Shown piece after piece: positions 9,126-17,461 of a stretch of 54,413 nt of DNA. A program made the position numbers and the translations under genes. Below the pieces are notes generated by a model. It had not been told where the DNA came from and made no database searches. It saw nothing but the letters and a program-made list of their open reading frames with translations. The stretch comes from a virus (Duplodnaviria > Caudoviricetes), in the IMG/VR virus record IMGVR_UViG_3300045454_000116, positions 1 through 54,413 of that record, one strand, 5' to 3'. The first letter of the stretch is position 1. Every line of letters begins with the position of its first letter.

Positions 9126-11994
9126 CCTTGCGAGCGAGCGGGCCACAGTCCAGAACCCGCTGGTCGAATACGTCCAGGAGATCGGCTGGGCCTACGTCTC
9201 CCCGGACCAGGCGCTCACGCTCCGGCGCGGCGAAAGCGGGACGCTGTTCTATCAGACACTGCGCGACAAGCTGCTCAGCCTGAACCCCGGCGTGGTGACC
9301 GTCTCCAACGTCGACGATGTCATCGCGCGCATCGAAAGCGTCCGCAACAACATTGAGGGCAATGCCGAGGTGCTGGCCTGGCTCCGCGGTGAACGGTCCG
9401 TGTACTTGGAATCGGAGAAGCGGCAGCGCAACGTCACTCTGATCGACTATGCCCACCCGGCGGAGAACGTCTTCCAGGTGACCGATGAGTGGCAGTACAC
9501 GAACGGCAAGTACCGGAACCGCGCCGACGTCGTGTTTGTGATCAACGGTATCCCGGTGGCGCTGGTGGAGACCAAGAGCGCCGTGAAGAAGGAAGGCATC
9601 GACCAGGGACTGGCGCAGATCCGCCGCTACCACCGCGAGACGCCCGAACTGGTGACCGCGACGCAAATCTTTGACCTGACCCACTTGGTCGACTTCTACT
9701 ATGGCGTGACCTGGAACCTGGACCGCAAGAGCCTGTTCAACTGGAAGGACGAGGAAAAGGGCAATTTCGAGCGCAAAGTGAAGCGATTCTTCGCGCGCGA
9801 GCGGTTCTTGCGTTTCATCGAATCGTGGATCGTCTTCTACAAGAAGGACGACGAACTGCGGAAGATCGTACTGCGGCAGCACCAGACCCGTGCGGTCGAG
9901 AAAGTGGTGGAGCGCGCGCTGGACCCCGAGAAACGGACGGGCCTGATCTGGCACACCCAGGGTTCAGGCAAGACGTTCACGATGATCAAGGCCGCCGACC
10001 TGATCCTGCGGCATCCTGCATTTGAAAAGCCGACGGTGATCCTGCTCGTCGACCGCAACGAGCTCGAAAGCCAGCTGTTTGCGAATCTGGCGGCCTACGG
10101 CCTGGCGCCGGAGATCGCGCGTTCGAAGCAGCACCTGCGGGAGTTGTTGAGGTCGGACTACCGGGGCCTGATCGTCTCGATGATCCACAAGTTCGACAAG
10201 GCCGACGCCGATCTCTGCACGCGGGAGAACGTGTTCGTCCTGGTGGACGAGGCGCACCGCACCACCAGCGGAGACCTGGGCAACTATCTGGTGGCGGCCG
10301 TGCCCAATGCGACCATGATCGGATTCACGGGCACGCCGATCGACCGGATTGCTTACGGCAAGGGCACCTTCAAGGTCTTCGGCAAGGACGACGAGAAGGG
10401 TTATCTGGACAAATACTCGATCGCGGAGTCGATTGAAGACGGGACCACGCTCCCGCTCAACTACACGCTCGCGCCGAACGACATCCGCGTGCCGCGGGAG
10501 CAGTTGGAGAAGGAGTTTCTGGACCTGGCCGAAGCGCAGGGGATCAGCGACATCGAGGAGCTGAACAAGATCCTGGACCGCGCGGTGAACCTGAAGACGT
10601 TCCTGAAGGCCGCGGACCGCGTCGGCAAGGTGGCGCGGTTCGTGGCGCAGCACTTCCGGGAGAACGTCGAGCCGCTGGGCTACAAGGCGTTTCTTGTGGC
10701 GGTGGACCGCGAAGCGTGCGCGCTTTACAAGAAGGCGCTGGACAAGCACCTGCCGCCGGAGTACTCGACGGTGGTGTACACGTCGGCGCACAATGACGAC
10801 GAGGTTCTGGCGGAATATAGGCTGAGCGAGGACGAGGAGAAGCGCGTCCGCCGTGCGTTCGTCAAGCGCGATTCACTACCCAAGATCCTGATCGTGACCG
10901 AGAAACTGCTCACGGGATTTGACGCGCCGGTGCTGTACTGCATGTACCTGGACAAGCCGATGCGCGACCACACGCTGCTTCAAGCCATCGCGCGCGTGAA
11001 CCGTCCCTACGAGGATGACGAGGGCATCAAGAAGCCCGCCGGCTACGTGCTCGACTTTGTCGGCATCTTCGAGAAGCTGGAAAGCGCCCTGGCGTTTGAC
11101 TCTGATGTGGTGGGCAGCGCGATCCAGAACATCGACGTCCTGAAATCTCGCTTCGCGGCGTTGATGGAACAGGCGAAGCCGTTCCTGGAGCTTTGCGCCG
11201 GCCCCATTGACGACAAGGCCGTGGAGCGGGCGATCGCGGTTTTCGAGGACAAGGAGCGCCGGGAGGTCTTCTACAAGCTGTTCCAGGAGTTGGAGACGCT
11301 GTACGAAATCATCTCGCCGGACGTGTTCCTGCGGCCCTACATCGAGGATTACGGCAAGCTGACCGCCTTGTACCAAATCGTCGTCAACGCGTTCTCGAAG
11401 AAGGTGGCGCTGATCCGGGACCTGATGAAGAAGACCGAGGAACTGGTGAAGCGGTCGGCGATCGGCACGGGACTGGAATCGGTGATGAAGCCGGTTCGCA
11501 TCGATGAGAACACGCTGAAGGCGCTGAAGTCGTCCGACAGCGGCGAGCCGCCGAAGGTGATCAACCTGGGCAGGAGCCTGCTGGCCACCATCAAGGACGA
11601 GGGAGAGCAGCAGCCGTTTCTGATTCCGATCAGCGAACGGACAGAGGCGATTCTGGAGGCCTACGACGACCGGCAGTTGAGCACCCAGTCGGCGCTGGAG
11701 CAGTTGGCTCGGCTGATGGAAGAGTATCTCGAGGCCAAGCGGGAGCGGGAGAAAACCGGGTTTGACATCAACACGTTCACGCTGTTCTGGGTGCTGAAAC
11801 AGGCTGGAGCTGCGGATCCTGGCGAACTAGCGCCCAAGGCGGAGGCCGTAATCCGAAAGTACCCCAATTACCGCGACAACGTGGCCGAGGAGCGGCAATT
11901 GAAGGCTGAACTGTACAAGCTGGTCCTGCCGGCCGTGAGCAGGGAATCGATGGTCGCGGTGGTGAAACGCATGCTGGAGTTGCCGCGATCGTGA
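9118..11994 (+). CDS. hsdR: Type I restriction endonuclease subunit R
   Basis: 'RADVVFVINGIPVALVETK' nuclease motif, 'HTQGSGKT', 'DEAH', 'GFTGTP', 'LLTGFDAP', 'QAIARVNR'. Confidence 0.95.
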   Translation: MPSLASERATVQNPLVEYVQEIGWAYVSPDQALTLRRGESGTLFYQTLRDKLLSLNPGVVTVSNVDDVIARIESVRNNIEGNAEVLAWLRGERSVYLESEKRQRNVTLIDYAHPAENVFQVTDEWQYTNGKYRNRADVVFVINGIPVALVETKSAVKKEGIDQGLAQIRRYHRETPELVTATQIFDLTHLVDFYYGVTWNLDRKSLFNWKDEEKGNFERKVKRFFARERFLRFIESWIVFYKKDDELRKIVLRQHQTRAVEKVVERALDPEKRTGLIWHTQGSGKTFTMIKAADLILRHPAFEKPTVILLVDRNELESQLFANLAAYGLAPEIARSKQHLRELLRSDYRGLIVSMIHKFDKADADLCTRENVFVLVDEAHRTTSGDLGNYLVAAVPNATMIGFTGTPIDRIAYGKGTFKVFGKDDEKGYLDKYSIAESIEDGTTLPLNYTLAPNDIRVPREQLEKEFLDLAEAQGISDIEELNKILDRAVNLKTFLKAADRVGKVARFVAQHFRENVEPLGYKAFLVAVDREACALYKKALDKHLPPEYSTVVYTSAHNDDEVLAEYRLSEDEEKRVRRAFVKRDSLPKILIVTEKLLTGFDAPVLYCMYLDKPMRDHTLLQAIARVNRPYEDDEGIKKPAGYVLDFVGIFEKLESALAFDSDVVGSAIQNIDVLKSRFAALMEQAKPFLELCAGPIDDKAVERAIAVFEDKERREVFYKLFQELETLYEIISPDVFLRPYIEDYGKLTALYQIVVNAFSKKVALIRDLMKKTEELVKRSAIGTGLESVMKPVRIDENTLKALKSSDSGEPPKVINLGRSLLATIKDEGEQQPFLIPISERTEAILEAYDDRQLSTQSALEQLARLMEEYLEAKREREKTGFDINTFTLFWVLKQAGAADPGELAPKAEAVIRKYPNYRDNVAEERQLKAELYKLVLPAVSRESMVAVVKRMLELPRS

Positions 11995-12371
11995 GGAAAG
12001 CGAAGGAGGACGCCAAGGCGCGTATGCGGGAGGAAATCCGGCAATGGGCGGAGAAAATCGGGGTGAGGCCAAAGCGGGTCCAGATCCAGCGCATGACGCG
12101 GAAATGGGCTTCGTGCTCGGAGACGGGCCGGATCTGTTTCAGCACTGACTTGCTGGAAGAAGCGCCCGAGTTTCGGGAGGTCGTGATCGTCCACGAGCTC
12201 CTGCATCTCCAGGTGCCAAACCACGGCAAGCTGTTCAAGAGCCTGATGAACGCATACCTTCCAGGCTGGGAAGCCCGAGTTCAAGGACGGGCGCACATTC
12301 CATGTGGAAGTGCCCGGATCTCAAGCGACCGGCCTCCCCTGCCTGTGACAAATCAGAAAGAAAGGAGGTGA
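11991..12371 (+). CDS. M48/YgjP(DUF45)-like zinc metalloprotease, a common hsdR neighbour
   Basis: 'MTRKWASCS', 'VHELLHL..PNHG..F'. Confidence 0.85.
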   Translation: MRKAKEDAKARMREEIRQWAEKIGVRPKRVQIQRMTRKWASCSETGRICFSTDLLEEAPEFREVVIVHELLHLQVPNHGKLFKSLMNAYLPGWEARVQGRAHIPCGSARISSDRPPLPVTNQKERR

Positions 12372-12376
12372 TCCGC

Positions 12377-12511
12377 ATGGCGAAGAACGAACAGACGGGC
12401 AAGAAGGCCGGTTCGAACGCATCCAAGGTGCTGCGGAATCCGAAGTCGTCCGCGCCTGCGAAAAGCGCTGCGGGCTCTGCGCTCACACAACGGCCAGACC
12501 GGAAGAAGTAG
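12377..12511 (+). CDS. Small basic protein (44 aa)
   Basis: Full AAAGGAGGTGA Shine-Dalgarno before ATG 12377; MAKNEQTGKKAGSNASKVLRNPKSSAPAKSAAGSALTQRPDRKK; followed by hairpins. Confidence 0.7.
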   Translation: MAKNEQTGKKAGSNASKVLRNPKSSAPAKSAAGSALTQRPDRKK

Positions 12512-12552
12512 TAGGGGGGCGTGCCCCCTTGCGTAGGGTTAGTTCCTCTCGA

Positions 12553-12588
12553 GAAGAGGCGAATCAAGACCACTAGATTCGCCTCTTC
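12553..12588. terminator. 13-bp stem hairpin, possible terminator
   Basis: GAAGAGGCGAATC-N10-GATTCGCCTCTTC; a smaller G/C hairpin lies at about 12513-12530. U-tract is weak. Confidence 0.45.
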
Positions 12589-12697
12589 TTCGCCTGATAA
12601 AATTTGGAGCGGTTGTGTTCCAGACCGCCAGCCTGACCTTGCTTTGACGAGGTTCGACCTGCAGCTACGAACCGTCCAAGTCTTGAGGTGATTGCAC

Positions 12698-13861
12698 ATG
12701 GCACTCAAGCTCAGGTACTTTTCTCATCCGGACATGCTGAGGCAGTTCGAGCCCAGCATCCTGATCCGGATCGTGCTGACCGCCGAGGGGTTCTTCGCCT
12801 CAAAGGACTTTCCCATCCCGGATCCGAACAACGGAGACGAGATCGACTACGAGGCCCTGGCCGACATCCTCGCCGATCCAGATGAGGAGATGCCCGGCGA
12901 CCTGGTCGATGGGCTGCACCTCATCAGCGAGTTGGGCAACGATGCATGCTTCGACGAACTGCTTCATATGGCGGGCGAGGCGGACATTGCGGTCGGAGAG
13001 GGGGTGACGCCGCAGGACCTGGCGGCGTTGATCTGGCTGACCAAGCCCCGCTTGCTCCAGCAGAAGGCACAGGAGAGCAATTTCGAACGCCGCAAAACCT
13101 TCGAGAGTTTTGCCCCGGCGGATCCGGCGATGGCGATCGACCCGGCGGTGTTGCCGGAGGACCTTGCGGACCTGGAGGCCGCGCTCCGGGAGTACTTCCG
13201 CGGGAAGAAGAAGGGCCGCCGCTGCCGGGTGTTCCGCAAGATCACGCCCGATGCGGTTCACTTCTACGTGCAGCACGGTCAGGCGTGCCGTCGGGAACCG
13301 AGCGTCAAAGGAGAGGAATCGACCTGCACGTTCTTCCGGCCTGAACGGACGGACATGGTCATCCTGGACACCGCCAACCCGGAGTTGCGGATCAACAGCG
13401 CCTCGGCGCCGGACATGCGCAAGTACCGGGAACTGTTCGGATTGCACTTGTTCGGGAGCGCGGAGACGTTCCGCTACGCCGACAAGTACAGTCTCGAGCC
13501 GCTGCGAAAACTGGGGCAGGCGTCACTTGAGTGCAGCGATTTCCCGGATCTCGAATCGGCCCGCCTGACGGAACTTGAGATGGACTGGGGCGGCGCACTG
13601 AACAACAAGAGCGTCGAGAAGGCCGATGATGTCTTCACGGCCCTGGAGATCCGCAACGCCGCAATTCCGGATGAGCCGGCGCTCAAGAAAGCCAAGATCA
13701 AGGTGAAGTTGAAGGGCGTCAAGAAGCCACGCGTGCTGTCGCTGGTGGCGGGGAACAAGTCGGGTTATCCGCGCGGCGAAGAGTCGGCGCTCTTGGAAGA
13801 TTGGCTGCGGGCCCGCGAGTTCATCGTCTACGGGAAGCGGGCCCATGAGGAAGTTGCCTAA
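12698..13861 (+). CDS. Hypothetical protein (about 387 aa)
   Basis: Long ORF with a GAGGTG RBS before ATG 12698; overlaps the next gene; no motif recognised. Confidence 0.75.
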   Translation: MALKLRYFSHPDMLRQFEPSILIRIVLTAEGFFASKDFPIPDPNNGDEIDYEALADILADPDEEMPGDLVDGLHLISELGNDACFDELLHMAGEADIAVGEGVTPQDLAALIWLTKPRLLQQKAQESNFERRKTFESFAPADPAMAIDPAVLPEDLADLEAALREYFRGKKKGRRCRVFRKITPDAVHFYVQHGQACRREPSVKGEESTCTFFRPERTDMVILDTANPELRINSASAPDMRKYRELFGLHLFGSAETFRYADKYSLEPLRKLGQASLECSDFPDLESARLTELEMDWGGALNNKSVEKADDVFTALEIRNAAIPDEPALKKAKIKVKLKGVKKPRVLSLVAGNKSGYPRGEESALLEDWLRAREFIVYGKRAHEEVA

Positions 13862-14759
13862 ACTCTGGCGCGCGCTGGAAGGCATTCCCGGGCTGCTGGC
13901 GGTTCTGGAGGTTTGGCGGCAGGAATGCGGCGAGGACTTCGAATACGCGAGGCCCTATCTCCAGCCAACCGACAAGATTGGAGGCCGGTATCCCTGCCCG
14001 AATTCTTTCAGCGGATGCCCGCGCCGGATCATCGACTACGACCTGGACGAGTTCGCCGCCATTTGCCAGGATGAGCACCAGCGATGCGAGCGGGTGCCTC
14101 TGACAAGGCGCGAGGCGCTGATTCACCGGCTCGACCTGGCGGGACTGCTTCGACCGGTGTGGCGGGCAGCGTCGATCCGGCCGCAGTCGATCGCCCAACA
14201 CTCGCCAGGCGTGTGGGCGGCAGGCCTCTCCGAACAGGCACACTCGCGGAATTTCCCCGTGTATTTTCTGCTCGCACACTCTGCAAGCACTCACCGAGCG
14301 GCCGTGAATCGTCTCCTGCTCGATATCTCGGATTCCTTCTTGCTCGTTCTACCGACGAACCAGTTCCGGACCGTGGAGTCGGAGGGCTGGCTGCGCGATC
14401 GCCGGGTTGAGTGTCTGTGCCTTGAAGACCAAGTGCTCGTGGATGAGCAAGGTGAGTTCCGATGGGCGCGCACGGTGGAGACCCGTCGCGCGGCGGGAGA
14501 ACCTGGGCCCGTGCCACGGTCCGTAGGCAGCTATGAGGCAGTCGCAGCGGTCAAGCACTACATCCAGGCTAGAGGGCTCTCGCAGACGGAGTTCAGCATC
14601 CAGGCCGGGGTTTCGGAGCGCACGCTGAGGAATTTCTTGGCGAAGGGGAAGATGCGCCGGTCTTCACTTGACGGTGTTGCAAGGGCCATGGGTGTGACCC
14701 TGGAACAGCTCCTGCGAGGCGAGTTGCCCGCATCCCTGAAGGTTCCGCGCCGCCGCTGA
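13845..14759 (+). CDS. Hypothetical protein with a Cys-containing N-terminal region and C-terminal XRE HTH (putative regulator)
   Basis: 'YPCPNSFSGCPRRI...C..C'; C-terminal 'LSQTEFSIQAGVSERTLRNF'. Confidence 0.75.
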   Translation: MRKLPKLWRALEGIPGLLAVLEVWRQECGEDFEYARPYLQPTDKIGGRYPCPNSFSGCPRRIIDYDLDEFAAICQDEHQRCERVPLTRREALIHRLDLAGLLRPVWRAASIRPQSIAQHSPGVWAAGLSEQAHSRNFPVYFLLAHSASTHRAAVNRLLLDISDSFLLVLPTNQFRTVESEGWLRDRRVECLCLEDQVLVDEQGEFRWARTVETRRAAGEPGPVPRSVGSYEAVAAVKHYIQARGLSQTEFSIQAGVSERTLRNFLAKGKMRRSSLDGVARAMGVTLEQLLRGELPASLKVPRRR

Positions 14760-14760
14760 A

Positions 14761-14825
14761 TTTTCCGGATTTCTTCCGGATTTCTTCCGCTTCCGTGTAT
14801 TTCGGAAAAACGGCAAGTCGGGCAA
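14761..14825. repeat. TTCCG(GA) repeat cluster, putative operator of the early operon
   Basis: TTCCGGATTTC x2 plus TTCCGC and TTCCG, followed by inverted CGGAA/CGGCAA copies. Confidence 0.55.
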
Positions 14826-14870
14826 TCTCGATGCAGAGGTTGCGGGAAACAGCCCGCAGCAAGCATCGAG

Positions 14871-15086
14871 ATGAAACAAAGCACTCCCCAACGGCTCCTG
14901 AATGAACACCAGGTGGCGGATTCCTGCGCCATAAGCGTGCTGACGCTGCGCAAGTGGCGGGTCGAGGGGCGCGGTCCGCGCTACGTCAAGATCGGCACTC
15001 TGGTCCGGTATCGGCCGGAAGATGTTGATGCATGGATTGAAAGCCATGACACGCAACGCACCGCGCTCTTGGAGGTGGAGCGATGA
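14871..15086 (+). CDS. AlpA/excisionase-like HTH protein
   Basis: 'LLNEHQVA..ISVLTLRKWRVEGRGPRYVKIGTLVRYRPEDVDAWI'. Confidence 0.88.
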   Translation: MKQSTPQRLLNEHQVADSCAISVLTLRKWRVEGRGPRYVKIGTLVRYRPEDVDAWIESHDTQRTALLEVER

Positions 15087-15424
15087 CCCGCCCCACCTCG
15101 ACCCGCGGCCTCCGGCCATCCGAGCGCGCGTTCGCGGCGGCGATGTCGGCTCTCGGCTTTGGACGATTCGAGTATCTCCGCATTGAGCGCGGCGAACTGG
15201 TTCTTAACCCGTGGCCGGCCGTCGTGCGCGAGGTGAAGTTCGGCTCGCACGATCCGGGCGCTTCGAAAGTCCTGCCGGACCAGTTCGAACTGAAGCCTCA
15301 GGTCGCCGAGTTCTTCGAGTACGTGCGCTCGGTGGACGCCGGCGAGATCCGGACGCTCGAGGTCAAGCACGGGCTGCCCTTCTCGATGGAAATCGAGATG
15401 GCCGGAGGGCGGCGCCATGCATGA
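15083..15424 (+). CDS. Hypothetical protein
   Basis: Overlaps both neighbouring genes within the operon. Confidence 0.7.
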   Translation: MTRPTSTRGLRPSERAFAAAMSALGFGRFEYLRIERGELVLNPWPAVVREVKFGSHDPGASKVLPDQFELKPQVAEFFEYVRSVDAGEIRTLEVKHGLPFSMEIEMAGGRRHA

Positions 15425-15932
15425 GACGGCGTTGGAACAGGCTCTGCCCTTCGCCTTGCGCGCGGTGCAGGTGCGTGCTGCCTCGGCAGTGGCCACTGGC
15501 CGGGTGACGGTGGCGGATCGCGAGGACCTCGAGCAGGAAGCACTCCTGGGGCTCTGGATGGCCCTGCGGCAGTATGACGCATCGCGCGCCAGCCTGCGGA
15601 CTTTCCTCGAGCGTGTGGCGGACAAGCGCTTCGCTTCTCTGCTGCGGCGACGCCGGAGTCCCCTCCTGATTGAACCTCTCGACGGTCATCGGTTCGCGAC
15701 CGCCGACGGAATTCCAGCGGTCCAGTTCCAGGTCGATTTCGAGCGCGTCCTCGCGCCGCTCGGCGATTCCGACCGCGCGCTGGCGCTCTTGCTCGTCGAC
15801 CACGGCCCTACCGAGATCAGCCGGATGCTTGGCATCGCCCGGTCCACCGTCTACGCCCGCATTGCACGGCTCCGCCGGGCGTTCGTCGATGCCGGCTACG
15901 GCGCCGAGGTTTCAACGGGAGGCTCGCGGTGA
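15417..15932 (+). CDS. Phage-encoded ECF-like sigma-70 family factor
   Basis: Region 2-like 'REDLEQEALLGLWMALRQYDASRASLRTFL'; region 4 HTH 'PTEISRMLGIARSTVYARI'; 171 aa. Confidence 0.8.
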   Translation: MHETALEQALPFALRAVQVRAASAVATGRVTVADREDLEQEALLGLWMALRQYDASRASLRTFLERVADKRFASLLRRRRSPLLIEPLDGHRFATADGIPAVQFQVDFERVLAPLGDSDRALALLLVDHGPTEISRMLGIARSTVYARIARLRRAFVDAGYGAEVSTGGSR

Positions 15933-16876
15933 GGCATTCCCTGAAGATCGTGGACATCCCCTGCGACCAGATCCGCATCGGCGAACGCCACCGGAAGGAC
16001 ATGGGGGATCTGGAGGGTCTGGCCGCAAGCATCGCCCGCGAAGGGCTGTTGCAACCCGTCGGGATCACGGAAGACTTCCGGTTGGTCTTCGGCCATCGTC
16101 GGCTGCTGGCAGTCCAGGGCATCCTCAACTGGCCCACCATCCCGGCGCGAGTGGTCCGGGTTACCAGCCTGCTGGCCGCCGAACACGACGAGAACGAGTT
16201 TTCGAAGTCCTTTACAACGTCGGAACGTGTCGCGATCGGAAAAGCGCTGGAAGCGGAGATCGGCAACCGGCAGGGGCAGCGCATCGACCTCGAACTTCCG
16301 GAAGATTTTCCGGAAGTTCAACCCGGCACCGAGACCCGTGAACTGGTGGCCGAGAGGGCTGGATTCGGCAACCCGAGAACCTATCGGCAGGCCAAGAAGG
16401 TCACCGAGGAAGGAACGCCCGAACTGGTCGCGGCGATGGACGCGGGCGAGGTGTCGATCGACGCTGCCGCCATCATCGCCCAGGAGCCACCTGAAGCCCA
16501 GCGCGAGATCGTCCAGATGCCCGCCGCCGTGCGCCGCCAGATCGTACGCCAACTGCGCGAGGCCACCGAACTCCCTTCCACCACCGAGGCGCGGCGCATC
16601 GCGCGCGAGACGGGCATGCTCGTGGCCGACCGTACGGGCCGGTACCGCTCGGGCCTCTCGGACGAGGAACGTAAGGCGCTCAAGGAAGATCTTGACTCGA
16701 TCTGGGCAGTGACGCGCGCCGTCCTGGCTCTGGCCGATACACAACTCGATCCGGTCGAACTGGCATCGCGGCTCGAATACTGGCACTGCCCAGGCATCCG
16801 GGCCAAATCGCCGGCCGCCCTGGACTGGCTTCACCGCTTTGAGGAGGCAATTCGTGAAAAGACCCAGCTTTCATGA
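15929..16876 (+). CDS. ParB-like protein with HTH (no ParA partner)
   Basis: 'LAASIAREGLLQPVGI', 'LVFGHRRL' (CTP-binding GxRR type), 'EHDENE', 'QGQRIDL', then an HTH-like segment. Confidence 0.88.
   Translation: MRHSLKIVDIPCDQIRIGERHRKDMGDLEGLAASIAREGLLQPVGITEDFRLVFGHRRLLAVQGILNWPTIPARVVRVTSLLAAEHDENEFSKSFTTSERVAIGKALEAEIGNRQGQRIDLELPEDFPEVQPGTETRELVAERAGFGNPRTYRQAKKVTEEGTPELVAAMDAGEVSIDAAAIIAQEPPEAQREIVQMPAAVRRQIVRQLREATELPSTTEARRIARETGMLVADRTGRYRSGLSDEERKALKEDLDSIWAVTRAVLALADTQLDPVELASRLEYWHCPGIRAKSPAALDWLHRFEEAIREKTQLS
16292..16319. promoter_or_regulatory. parS-like palindrome inside parB
   Basis: GAACTTCCGGAA-GATT-TTCCGGAAGTTC (12-bp arms); its 24-bp core is the exact reverse complement of 43508-43531. 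Confidence 0.65.
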
Positions 16877-17366
16877 TTCGGAACTTTCGCGCCGGATCGA
16901 CGAGGTGATCCTGGCGCACCTGGAGACGGGCGAGCCCACGGCTGACGAGGTCAGCGCAGAGGTGCTTGCGCGGTACGGAGATCTGGTCGACGAGTACGGC
17001 CGCGAGCTGGCAGTGGCACAGGTCAGATCCATCGTCAGCGACCGCATGAAGAAGACGCTGGCGACCAAGAAGGGACATGCGCTGCAACTGCGGCTGGACA
17101 TGCGCTTCGGAGGTCTGGAGCCCGAGTCCGCGCTTACGTTCCGCGATGACAGCGGAGCCATCCGCTACGTGGCCACGGCGCGGGCGACCGAGGAACATCA
17201 CCGGCGCTACATGGCGCTGCTGCGGGAGCAGATTGAGGCCGACACGGCGCGGCTGAAGGTGGCCGAGTGGTTCTACGCCTGGCTCGAACCGGTCTTCGCC
17301 TCGCATCCGGGCATCACCACGGCCGAGGCGATCGCACGGCTCGCCCCGGAAGGCCAGGCGGTGTAG
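16854..17366 (+). CDS. Hypothetical protein coupled to parB
   Basis: GAGGAGG RBS, GTG start overlapping the parB end. Confidence 0.7.
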   Translation: MKRPSFHDSELSRRIDEVILAHLETGEPTADEVSAEVLARYGDLVDEYGRELAVAQVRSIVSDRMKKTLATKKGHALQLRLDMRFGGLEPESALTFRDDSGAIRYVATARATEEHHRRYMALLREQIEADTARLKVAEWFYAWLEPVFASHPGITTAEAIARLAPEGQAV

Positions 17367-17461
17367 GGAGAGGCAGTCAGGGGCCTGCCGCAGGCCGGCC
17401 CGAATGGGATCGACACGATCAGAACAAAGCCATTGAAACAGAGGCAGGAGAAGCCAACCGT

